From assembly GCA_900617105.1 (NCBI GenBank), contig UYFQ01000759.1:1-64000 (forward strand): a stretch of DNA of 64,000 bases, in the 5' to 3' direction. The stretch is from Hydrurus foetidus. Taxonomy: Eukaryota. Shown here piece after piece: positions 21,305 through 37,577 of this stretch; positions within the stretch are counted from its first letter, which is position 1; each line of letters begins with the position of its first letter. The notes under the pieces are model-generated. The model was not told the origin of the DNA, searched no databases, and worked only from the letters and a program-made list of their open reading frames with translations. The translations under genes were made by a program, and so were the position numbers.

Positions 21305-22530
21305 GCATGACAATCGTCTTAAAATTTATAATACGTACTGTGTTTATTGCTAATACAATGATTACAAACTGTCCCTGTCCCCTGCAGCACGGCTTTGAAA
21401 TAATCTCGTGAACCATCATCCGAGAGCTAGGAACTAGGAACGCCATTCAAAACTTAAAAAGGAAGACGAGTAGCGCAGCATTCATGGATTATGCAAAAGC
21501 GTCAAGAGACAAGCCTTTTATTCACTGAGGTTCACAAAAGATACTTATCAGATAATGAAGCCCTACTCCGCTAGAAGGCAGTATCCCAATGCCTTTTTGA
21601 TCCGGAAAAAATTGAGGGTGCAGACCCATAGACCGTTTCTTATGGTACCAAAGACTGAAACGCAAAAACTGCCAGGTTTTCAGGTTTTCTGGTATTTGCG
21701 ACTGCCACAACACACACTACATCCCTGATGTTTACCGTAAATAAGGCGTTAAGCTACCCTTCTCTGACGTATGAATTTGTTGACGGCGCCAAGGCATTTT
21801 GGTAAGAAATTACATTGATATTAACCTAAAAATCCGTGACTGGAATTTATTTCGTATCGAGTGTGGAGAGGCCTTCATTTAGACCTTTAGAAAATTGCCT
21901 TTTCCATCATCAGAAAAAAATATCTGAAAATTCTCGTCAGGGCAATTTCAAGAAACGGTCAAAAGTCTCCACACTATATACGAATGTTCCATGTTGCAGA
22001 ATTGATCTTAATATCAATGTAATTTCTCCCCAACTCTGCCTTGGCGCCGTCTCAAATTCATACGTCAGATAAGGGTAGCATTAACGCCTTATTTACCGAG
22101 TAAACATCAGTAAAAAGTGTGTCAGTTTGGCAGTCGCAAATACCAGAAAACCTGAAAACCTGGCAGTTTTTGCGTTTCAGTCTTTGGTACCGTAAGAAAC
22201 GGTCTATGGGTCTGCACCCTCAATTTTTTCCGGATCAAAAAGGCATTGGGATACTGCCTTCTAGCGGAGTAGGGCTTCATTATCTGATAAGTATCTTTTG
22301 TGAACCTCAGTGAATAAAAGGCTTGTCTCTTGACGCTTTTGCATAATCCATGAATGCTGCGCTACTCGTCTTCCTTTTTAAGTTTTGAATGGCGTTCCTA
22401 GTTCCTAGCTCTCGGATGATGGTTCACGAGATTATTTCAAAGCCGTGCTGCAGGGGACAGGGACAGTTTGTAATCATTGTATTAGCAATAAACACAGTAC
22501 GTATTATAAATTTTAAGACGATTGTCATGC

Positions 22531-22602
22531 GGGCGTTTAGATCAGTGGTAGATCGTCTGCTTTGCATGCTGAAGGTCAAGGGTTCAAACCCCTTAATGTC
22601 CA
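22531..22602 (+). tRNA. tRNA-Ala(TGC)
   Basis: GGGCGTT-TA-GATC-AGTGGTA-GATC-G-TCTGC-TTTGCAT-GCTGA-AGGTC-AAGGG-TTCAAAC-CCCTT-AATGTCC-A. G3:U70 alanine identity pair, one U:U mismatch in the anticodon stem, followed by TGTTTTT. Confidence 0.88.
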
Positions 22603-23323
22603 TGTTTTTCCTCGCAGCGCATTTTTTCTTTGCTGCAGCTTTCTGCCAGCGTTTGATGTTAAAGACGCCACTACAGCACAGTCTTCAGAAAGGAGCCATT
22701 CTCTATGTGAGTCGTGCCACACTACAGCGGGTTCAACTGGATCTGGAACCTGCCTAGAATTCAGACGTCATGAGGCACACCAGCGCACAGTACACAGTGC
22801 GAATTGTTTTAACTGTACACGTGCATGATTCATGATAAAAGATAAGTAAATAACAGAGATTGATGGGCAAATGGGCATGAAATTGTTGACGTGGAACATC
22901 ATTAGTTTTTCAAGCCTCAATACTAAACACTAATCAGAAGCCTATACAACAGGTTCCGTGGGATCTTGGACCTGTGTGGAATCTAGAGATCTGATGATCT
23001 ATCCGGGATCTGGAAACGTTACATCCGCACTTCGCAGCACAACAAAGCTTTTGTTATCAGTTATCAGCACAGAGCAGTATCTTCGAACTTGATTTTGATC
23101 CCATACTTTCGACTGATGCTTGACATGTTGAGTCACTTGTTGTAGCCGCCGATCAATTGTTGATGATTCTACTTTTGCTGAAGATGTTTTGCACGTAGTT
23201 TGGAAAGCTGAGAATAGATCGGTGTCATCAATAGCCTTGAACTTAGCATCGATGGAACTCTAGGAAACCTGCAGATTCCTGTCACCCTTTTCAGCTCAAA
23301 TATATTGAATTTCAATTGTTCTG

Positions 23324-27218
<3,895 letters not shown>

Positions 27219-30111
27219 TAAGAGAATGATGATGTATTTGAATGGACATGAGAATAGACAAGAAGATGCACATGATCATGAGGACATGATTTTGAATAGA
27301 GAAGGAGGAGGAGATGGGGATGGGGAGAAGAACAAACGTTCAAATCCAGAGACAAAAGCGCTATGAACTGCAGTGGAGTCTGAATAGCACCTGAGTGGAT
27401 ACCATAAAAGAGTGAGAGATGACAAAAGGCACCTTCTGCGGAGAGTAACGAACAGAAAGAGTAATGGAACGAGAAGAATAGACTGTCAAGCAACTGCAAT
27501 CAGATTTCACTACCACTGACGACAAGCGAGTACTGCTCCTTCACTACTCCGCATTTGCAGTGACAGATAAAATCAGACAATATCATGAGTGGAAATCATC
27601 AGCGCAGTACAGTGTCAGTTGCTACTGCACAGATCAGATCAGATCAGATCAGATCAGATCAGGTAATATCAGACACATCAAATAAGATCAGATCAGTCGA
27701 AGAGGATAACAAGCCACTGACTAGTTGATAACTCCCTATCTCCAGTCCGCAGTGGTCTATAGCCTTAGGAACATCGAATAGAAGAAAAGAGATTCTTGAC
27801 GGAGAGAGAGTAATTGGTTGTTCGACTGATCAATGCACTGAATGCGATTAAACTCAGACAAGCAAATAGGCTAGCAAACGTACGTACGTGTCCTAGTTAT
27901 AGCACACTGTGAGTGACGAAGGTGGAGTGATACGGAGCTTGACTGGAGAATCCAAGCTAAGCCATCTGTGACTCTCTTCCCACCTCAACTCTTTTCTCTC
28001 CTCTCCTCTCCTCTCCTCTTATCCTCTGTACCCCTCCTATCTTTTTTTCTTTACTTCTCTTTTCTCTGATTTTCGCTCCTTTCTTTTCTTATCTTCTCCC
28101 CTTTGCCACCTCAAGATCCTAGAGTGATCGATTGTGAGAATTGGTGGTGCCAATAAAATGCCAGCCACAGAGAAGATTTCTATCAAATATATCGCGCATC
28201 TCTTCTAGATGCTTGCTTTACGATGTCTGACCTAAATCTCTCACACCGTCTGAGATACTCTCATCTCATGTCTTACATCTTACGTCTCGTGTATCTAATT
28301 GCCTAGTACCTGCACCCATGCTCGTGCTTTCAAATTCACCAGAGTGTTACTAACAGATGCGGTGTGATAATTTACACCCTCATTTTCTGCTACCTTATTT
28401 CTCTATATGAGAACATTTCTGTCCACTAGCAGTCACTGTCGAAGCACCCCCCTTCGTGTTCATTTCTCATCTTCCCGGATGCGATATCACAATCTCAGCT
28501 GACAGTTTTGAAAATTGCAATTTACTGATGTGAATTCTTCTGCACTGCTCTGCCCTTTTATTCTCCCATCCACTGGGCAGTACTGTAGGAGTCAACATTT
28601 ATGTAACACATGGCACGTTTTTGTCGTTTACATCTCATTTCATAACTCATACATACCGCATTCTTGATACTGCACTGCACTGCACTACACTACACTACAC
28701 TGCGCTGTATTTTATCCGCACCTTCTCTCCCTCTTATCTCTCACGCAAAGCATTTTCTGAAGTCAGATTTTCAGAACTGACACTTTTAATCGATTTGTGT
28801 TCTGCTTTTGTACAGTATCAAATACTTCATCTTGTTTTATTTTATTTTATTTTATTTTATTTTACGATGGGGTGGTCATGGGTGAAAGCTCTAAACCTCT
28901 TTACCCCTGCAAGATTTAGTAGTTCATTCCCCTCTGGGCCCACACTGTGTTAAGTGTGAGATTAAGTGGCACATTCTCTCCTCACTGTTTCTTGACTGTT
29001 CCTCTTCATTGATATTGGCGGCTACCATTGAATGTCACTGGCAATAATATCACAATATATTACATCGTATCATATTATATTGCATTGCAGCGCATCGTCA
29101 GTCTGAGATTTATTGTCGGGATCTGCATGTCTGACTCATGTGTAGGTCAGATCAGGTTGGTTTCGGTCGGGTTGTATCTGATTCACTGGTGGATTGACTG
29201 ACCGATTGTTGACTTACCGATCAGTGACATGCGACATGACATCACGTAAGATGACGCGATGTGATGAGACATAACGTGACGCAGGTACTCTCGCACTAAA
29301 CAATATCATGGTCGAATTATTTATAGATTACATATGTGCATGTACGTGCGTACGAGTAATAGCATTTACAGGTGTGACGAGACGCCACGCACTTATCATC
29401 AGAGATAGACACCTTCCCGTACAGTTCATCGAATGAATTGCATGTCGGTAAAGAGTGAGAGTGAGACAGACAAGGAGTGCAAAGAGAGTACAAGGAGTAA
29501 GAAATTAACAGAAAAGAGCGACATAAAAAATTCGATGAAAGACGCAGCATCAAATAGAATCAAATGGATTCGAATGAAATCAAAACAAATCTTGCTTGAT
29601 AATGACATAGGTAGAATTGATCAGACATCCAACGGACACTCTAGCTGCTGTACACTGTATACTATACGCTGTGCTGTACAATGAAATCTCTCAAGCAGAT
29701 TCCATCTCTTGGATCCAAGATCCTAATCATCTCCTTCATATTTTGACGACCCACTGTCACTAAGCCTCACAGTACAGTACAGTACAGTACAGTACAGGAC
29801 AATATTTGGCTGTGCAGAAGTGAAGAAGATTGAGCGATTGGTTGAGGCTTACTTCACTATATTGCTACACCGATAGAGCATGAGTCTCATATGCACCATA
29901 CACCATACTGGTAATCACCTCAGCTCAGATCCCGATGGAGTTAGAGGAGAGGTAGTCTGGTTTGTCTTCGTCCAACCTGACCCTCCTCTCATTGCATCCA
30001 TCACAGCCATCGCACTGCATTGTACTGCATAGATGGTGTCCATCTCGTAGCATTGCATTAGATTGCACTGCACTGCATCACATTATACCAATCACATGGC
30101 ATGAATTCGCC

Positions 30112-33100
30112 TTACTGCTGCATAGCAGACAGTCTCTTCCTCGGTGTAAGTTGAGGCGGTCTCACAGCTGTCAGAGTGCAACTGGTATCTAGTGTGAGTT
30201 TTGGAGACGTCATTAATGGTGTCTGGCCGGGTGGGGTGGTGGAGCGGGAGCGGGTGGCAAAAGAGAATGAGTAAGAATCTCCCGACTGAGATTTGTTGTG
30301 TGTGTTTGAAGCAGGACTGGGGAGAGGGAAGAGGAAGGAAGAGCAGTAGTTGCTAGTGATAGTGTTAGTAGAGTTCCTATCTCTATCTCTATCTCTGTCC
30401 CTCATGTTCACTCCCACTCCTTGCTGCCTTCCGTGAAACGCACTTCTATCACCATCCCTCTCCTTCTCCTTATCTCTGCTACCCTTTTCCCTCCCCCTCT
30501 CACCCCCAAATCCATCTGCCCCCTCAAAGGCTGGAATTGCCCAGCCTTTTCTGGACCCGAATGACCCCTGATCAGATTCCAAATCGGGTCCAGGATCCAT
30601 CAGACGCAATGCACCGATAGGCAATGTATGCACTGTGTGTGCTGCATGACGTGTTGTTTTCGATCCTCTTCTCTCAGTGTCTCTCTCCCTGTCTCTCTCT
30701 CTCTCTCTGTCCCTCTCCATCACGCTTTCGTTGGAAGACAGGGATGTGTCATCAGTGTTGTCGGTGACATCTGCTGCTTCAACTCCCATTCTTCTCACAG
30801 TCTTCACCGTGATCCCTTCAAAGAAAACGAAGAGCAAATAAGTTACACTCTCTGTCAGTACTCTTATCAATTTATTTGCATTTTAATAAGTGATCGCATC
30901 TGCCTACCTGATCCAATTATACCGTTATTACCACTACCACTTCCGCTACTACTTGTGGTGGTGAGCGCGGTACGTGTCGTACGTGCAGGTGAGTTAGTAC
31001 CGGTACTCGTCCCTGTCCCTCCTGTCCCTCCCGTCCTCATGACTGGGGTGCTGCTGTGACTTCGTACCCTTAGAAAGAGAAGAGGAGGAGGAAGAAGGGT
31101 AGAAAAGAGGGGACAGGAGAGAGGAGAAGATAGTACGTTCGTGTGAAGTGTGAATTGTGGAGTAGGACGTGTCAAATGCAAGGTAGATATAAGGCACGTA
31201 GGGGAAGAAGGTGGAGGAAGAGGTGCAATAAATGGGATTTTACAGGTGAGTTGAAGTACGTTAGACATAGTGACATCGCATGATATCATGTCATATCTCA
31301 TTACAGCACACTATGTCAGACCCAACACCGCACCACACTATATCATACCACACTGTACTGCATCACACCACACCACACCACCACACCACTCTATGTCATA
31401 CACTAAATCATGTGAGACCAGACCAGACCAGACCAGACCTTGCGTTCGGTGGGCTCTTCATTTCTATCTCGCATATCGCTCTTGACACGAATGACACTGG
31501 GCTGGTAGGGGGTGAGACGAACAGTTTGCTAGCCCCTCTTGCCCTTCCTCTCTCCTTCTCTTTCTCCTTGTCATTCTCCCTCCATTCCCCTTCACCTCCT
31601 ACCACCTCCCTACTGTGTCGTGTGTCATCTGATCGCACGCTGCTCCTTACACGACTGCTGCATCTCTCCTTTATCTCCCTCTCTTTCTCCCTTCTGATCT
31701 CTGTGTCTTTTTTTTCTCTCATTTCCACTTCTTTTTTCTCCCTCATCATTTCCATATCTTTTTTTTCATTGAATTCTCTATTCATCATTTCTTTCATTTT
31801 TGTCAGCTCACTTAATTCTGATTTCAACTTTTTGTTTTCCGACTGTACAGCATCAACCGCCTCTGTGAAGGAAGAAAAATGAAATTATCAAAAGAAAAGG
31901 GAGGAAAGTACGGGGATAAAAGTTATGTAATCTATAGAGGAGTAATGTGAGGCAATGTTGCTGTGATGTGATTGATGGTTGACGCAAGAAAACTGCTTAA
32001 AAAAAGAGGAGAATGCGAGGCAATGCGATTTACTGTGATTTGATGCAATTTGGTGTACTGCCGTATAATGCAATGAAGAAGGATAGCAAATATCACACCA
32101 ATGGAAAAATTTGAAGAACCCACACATGAGCACTTCGGAAGACAACCTACAAAATTGTTAAATGATGTAAGAGTCGATAGAATTGATTAGACTCACCCGT
32201 GACAGCTGCTCTGCCTCCCAGTAACTCCTCCACACTGCCCTCCAGTCTGTCTCTCTCCTGCAAAGCCGACTTCAACATCGACTCAAGCTCAGAACATCTT
32301 ACGAATGATGGTGATTAAGTGACAATGGAAGACGGAGAAATCGTGAGATCAAACCAGATAAAGTGGAGTGAGACGGAGTGGAGTGGAATGTGATAAAGTT
32401 GAGTGAGATGGAATGGAATGGAGTGGAGTGAAAATAAAATTAAGCGGACAACGGATGTACGGATACATAGGACGAGTAGTCAATCTTCTCACCTGTTCAT
32501 TAATTCTCTGCGTTGTTCTTCCTCTCCTGCCAGTCTGTCATTCAGTCTGTGCAGTAGAAGTCTTTCCTTGTCCCTCTCCTTCTCCTTCGCTCTCCCCCTC
32601 TCCTCTTCTTGTAGCCTGATCGTTACTTTCTCCTCCTCACTCTCCACATCCTTTCGACTAATGGCTGCTAGTGCCTCATTCTCTTTTGTCTATTCAAAAT
32701 CATTTAATCAAATATCTTGAAGTGTATCAATACGGACCAACCACTCTTCCTTCTTAAACACAACTTATGCAGACACATCTCAAATCACATTCTTCCTTTA
32801 TGCAAACACAGAGAAAGAAACATTGTTCTTTATTTTCAATGCAAACACCATCAAATACAGATTTACCTTTTCCATTAGTTGTGCTGCCAAACAGGTGCAT
32901 TCTGCTTGCAGCTGTGCATTTGCTTTCGCCTCAAGGAACAGATCTGCTTTGCTCTTCTCAATCAGCTGCTTTAGGTGCGAGATGTCAGCAGAATTGTTTT
33001 CATTCTCCATGCTGTGTGGTACTGTGTGTGCGCTTCCTGTAATCAATTAGAAGAAAAACGTGATTTAGAAATTTCAGTAGAGCAGAGCATAGCAGCGGGT

Positions 33101-35007
33101 AAGGTGTACGTACATGCGTGAGTGTAAGTTAGTGATGTAGTGTGTTCTTGATGTTGTGTGTGTGTGTGTGTGGGTGGGGAAGGGAGGATATGACTTGAGA
33201 GGGTGTGGTAGGATTAGATCGCAAACTAGTGACATGACAGAGTTGTATGGGCTGGGATCATTTCAAGGATCAACGAAGTAGGGGACAGAGGTAGTGGAAC
33301 AGATGACACTGTCACTCAGCAGTAGAGCACAAAACTTTACCAGCACAGTGTAATATAATGCCTAAATTAATTGCGGATACGTCACATTAAAGCGCATCAT
33401 AAGATAGCATGTGTGACAGTACAGCCAAAAAATATTTCCCGCACGCACCTGCCACACTCTCTAGCTCTTGTTGTAGTCCCGCCAGCTTTCTGTTCAACGA
33501 CTGCATGTCTTCACTAAGTCGCTGTGACTCGTTCTCAGCCAGCAGAGCTCTTCGCAGTGTAGATGATCTGTTCCTCCGATATGGTGCAGTGCGGTACACG
33601 GTATTAGGAGTATTATATTTCTTTTATAGCACACTTTATGCTGAGATTATTGATGCAGTGCAGTTGACGGTGTTAGACGCATTAGACAGATTAAGCACAT
33701 CATCATTTTATGGTTAAAGTGCGGTTGTCATGTTAGATGTATTGAAGACGCGATAAGCTAGTGGATGTAGTGAGGTAGTTTCATCAGACGTATTACATCA
33801 AATTCATCGTACGCGTGATAACCTAAGGGAATCATAATACAGTTCAAGCAGTACAGTATGTAAACTTTAACATACAACAGTCATAAACACACATTTATCA
33901 TCTTCTCACCTCTGTTCGTCTGCGAGGTCTTCTCTGCGCATTATCAGCTGCTTCTTCTCCGCCTCGTGCTCCACTAAGAATCTTTGTAACTCCCTCTCAC
34001 GCTGCTCCTGCTGCTGATTCAATTGTTCTATCATAGCCGCATTCTAATGCACAGAAAAGTACAGCAGAATAGGGTCGTTAGTAAAGGGGTAGAGATTATC
34101 TCTGGTGCAGTGATGTTGTAATGATAATCCTGATTGCAGTGTTGTCAGTGGTGATGATGAGAGCGAGGATGTGATGATACTGATGGTGGTAATGGTGATG
34201 ACCATAAGGACATGGTGAGTATCTTAAGTCATGGTAGATAAGTCGAAGACAACTGTGATTCTCCTTACTGTGATGACAAGTCGATCGTAGTCGGGGATTC
34301 TCTGCTGCATCTCAGAGGCGATTCGATCAATTTGCCTGTTAGGAAGATTAAGCACAGATGTGACGACACACTCGTCACGCAATGTATCTCTAATGGCCCC
34401 TCGACCTATCGGGGCTAAGCATCAACGGCAGAATTCATCAACCGCAGTTCATGAGAACCTGTGCAATTCCTCGATTTCGCTATTTTTAAGGTCACATAAG
34501 TGTGTCAACTCGATGGCATGGGCTGATGACAGTCTTGATCCTTCCTGATCAATCTGCTTCTGCATGTTGAGTATTGATTCCTGGTGACCCTTGTGATCTG
34601 ATTCCCTCTGGGCTGTAAAGCGACCCTCTGATTCAGATAATGCCGTTGTCAAGGCCTTGCATCTCTTCTTCAGTCTCAGCCCCTCCTCTAAAACCTTGTT
34701 AATCAGCTCGTCTTCTTGCTCCACTTGTCTTTTCCCTCCTCTTCGTGAAAAACCCGTGACACTGTCGTCATCATCATGCGAAACGCATGCGAACATCCCA
34801 GGACAATCCAGATCTTGTCAAGTTGATGTTTGAAGCGCTGTTTTGTCGTGTTGCTGATACAGCAGAAGTAAGCCAAAAAGCTGATAGGTGCTGTTTGAAT
34901 AGACATGTCGCCACTGCATGCTGTAGGTCAATTCAAAAGAATTGACTTACCTGCCTCGGGAAAAGTAATTCAACATTATTTTCATGGCCATTTTGAGATA
35001 CCGTCAT
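30112..35007 (-). CDS. Multi-exon coiled-coil protein of unknown function with a low-complexity C-terminus (boundaries uncertain)
   Basis: E/K/Q/L-rich heptad-like ORF segments at 34449-34796, 33387-33599, 32798-33046 and 31408-31827 bounded by splice-like sites. Ser/Arg-rich terminal ORF 30112-30870. Confidence 0.55.
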
Positions 35008-35199
35008 TGGAGTGTCGGCTGCAGGAATCGTTGGACCCAAGATCCACAGCCCCTTAGAAGAACGAAGTGACAGAGGGTGTTATCTGGCTCGCTCTATTCA
35101 TTAAGTACTTAGATTGAGTAAGTCATCAGCCTGCCATTCACAATCTGGTGATAGGATCCAAAACTGCGACTTCTTTACTATTGTGCTTAATTCAATCGC

Positions 35200-36106
35200 A
35201 TGAGCGTATCATTGCGCCACTTATCACGACCGCCGCAGGTTTATCAGCTCTTCAGAACCATGTCGACAACGGGTATCAAGGCCGGACCAGTTGAGACGGC
35301 CATACAGAACAAACTGTTGGAAGGTCTAATGGGAGAAAAAAGCATCCACTTGGAAATAGTCAACGAAAGTTACAAACACAATGTGGCAAAGGACTCTGAG
35401 AGCCACTTTAATGTTTTAGTCGTTACAGACGCGTTTGAAGGTATTGACCAAAACTGCAGATCCATGCTACAGCATATAGTTGGGACCCCAACCATCAATT
35501 GCGATGCATTGTGTGAGGAACGACTGATTCATGGTCTTTCCTTCCGAGTTATCGTCCCCTATCCTATCTACTTTAAACCACACTCATCTGATCCGAGCTT
35601 ATTTTTTTCGGGCTTCTCCTCTCAATAATATGGATTATAAAGACTTCTACTTGGCAAATCTGAACACTTGAACGGTTCTTCAACTGTTTGTCTAGGTTTG
35701 AAGATCATCGAGCGGCACCGCATGATCAATAAATTGTTGGCTGTCGAACTCTCTACTAAAATACACGCTCTGTCGATACAGGTATATTGTAACACATATC
35801 AGATAAAGTTGCATACCGAGCATGATGAACAAGAATGCATATCGAAGCTGATGAAGATTCACATCCTTTACCGACCGCATTCTTTAACATGAACATCATT
35901 GCAACATTATCCGTTATTTATCAGTCACATACCGGATATCAATCAAATTACAAACATCCACTGTCCTTCCTCACATGCATGAGTAACAAATGACACTCCA
36001 ATGACCTGTTCTTTTGTCGATATCATAGGCTAAAACTTGGGCACAATTTGAGGCCAATCCGACATTCAGCGAAACACCGAACTGTGCAGGGGGATCCAAG
36101 CGGTGA
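35200..36106 (+). CDS. BolA-family protein (BolA1-like) with a presequence-like N-terminus; 3 exons
   Basis: GPVETAIQNKL...HLEIVNESYKHNV...SESHFNVLVVTDAFEG|LKIIERHRMINKLL...IHALSIQ|AKT...TPNCAGG; TGA at 36104-36106. Confidence 0.92.
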
Positions 36107-37577
36107 TACAGAAACCTTACTGCCAATTAGCATACAGCCGAGCGGCACACGGTCACATGTTACACCGTCGTTATAAGTTATTTGGGACAGAGATATAATT
36201 AAGGCAAATTGCTCGGCGGTGAATAATTGAAGTACTTGGTCGCTTTGTCTAGAGATGGAGTTCTTTCTTTGACTGGACAATGCTCTTCATTCTTCTGACA
36301 TACATGGGATGAAAAAGAAAATGTCAGATGGAATATATAAGAAGTGGTAGTTTGGTTGGCCCTGAGGGTCAAATCTCTTCTCTTATATCTGTTGAATGTA
36401 ATTGTTCCGTATGAATGTTTGAACAGTCGTCGTTTTCCGCTCTCATGTTCTGTATTACTTCAATCTGAGGAAAGTGTACGTATGCGACATTGCATTGAAA
36501 GATTAAGTACCGCACTGTTCTGTCCTGTGTGACTGAATACGAATGAGTATTAGAGGTACATGCTACCATTACGTGGGACGGGAGGAAGACCAAATATCAG
36601 TGTTGAACATTGTAGCAGTCGATCAGAGGATTGCTGAATAGTATCTGTCAATCCATTAAATGATTAGGGAGGTTTTCTTTATTTTTTTGTCTTTCTGAGC
36701 TGCAATAGTGCTGAAATTTTATCCAATTAATATTCCCTACAAAAAAGTAAAAGAAAACCGATACCTTGCCTTGACCCGTTTAATTAATTAGTGCACTGAA
36801 TTAATGTTTTAACAATTAAATGAGTAGAAATACGACCAGGCTTTTCAGTATGGCGATTTCATGCTTTATACATCAGCAAACAGAAATGATTATAAGTATG
36901 ACTCGACAAGAAAGACAGTTCGATGGCACAAGTTGGCACACTAGATACAAGGGTAGTAGTTACTTGGAGAGACTAAAGATTTCGAGAGAAAATGGGTTGG
37001 AGTGAGTTGCCCATTTTATGAGTCTAAGCAAATGAATTCAGATTTGGTTTTGTCAATTTTATCATTATTGTCAGTATGCCAAAATCTGTCAATTCAATTC
37101 AATTATCTACATTTACTGCTTTGTTGAGTTTTCTGTTTTATTTCCGGTTCTCAGTATCACTCATGAAGAAAAAGAAAATAACAGTTGAATACTACAGTGC
37201 TGCTTATCTTCATCAGTGCTGAGGTATCGCTGTGTGTGTGTGTGCTCTGTAAGTATCATATAGCACCATATGGGCGAAGAATTGTTTTCGCTTAGCTATG
37301 CGGTAAGAATGACAGCAACAGTCTGTTCTCCTGTAGCACTGTGCTGTATGTGTTATACTGTGTGTGCTGTCTTGTCTGCTAAGCTGTGTGTGTTCCTTGA
37401 TTCTTCCATTCTCCAGTTACGTATCGTAATGCACCACACCTATTATATAGAAACATTTCACATCTCTTCTCGTCATATTCTCCCCTCCCTCCCTCCCACA
37501 CTCCCTAAAATTCAAGTAGAGCAATTCTGACCTTGTTCGACCTTTTCTGATTCATTCTGCACACTCCTCAGATACGT

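Larger units (their letters stand above)
20940..22895. repeat. 1.96-kb palindrome: near-identical 768-bp inverted arms plus a 420-bp imperfectly self-complementary centre
   Basis: Arms 20940-21707 and 22128-22895 mirror each other (coordinate sum 43835) with about 4 substitutions seen. The centre continues to pair with many mismatches and indels down to TCAGA-AAAAAATA-TCTGA at 21910-21927. Confidence 0.95.

Noticed and set aside
21007..22828. Mirror-image ORFs (122, 88 and 63-64 aa) in the palindrome arms
   Set aside because: The longer ones run through the tRNA genes, none has recognisable motifs, and they are duplicated only because the DNA is.
34943..34960. ACTTACCTG as the 5' end of a U1 snRNA
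   Set aside because: It is the reverse complement of a CAG|GTAAGT donor in the minus-strand gene; no U1 body or Sm site follows.
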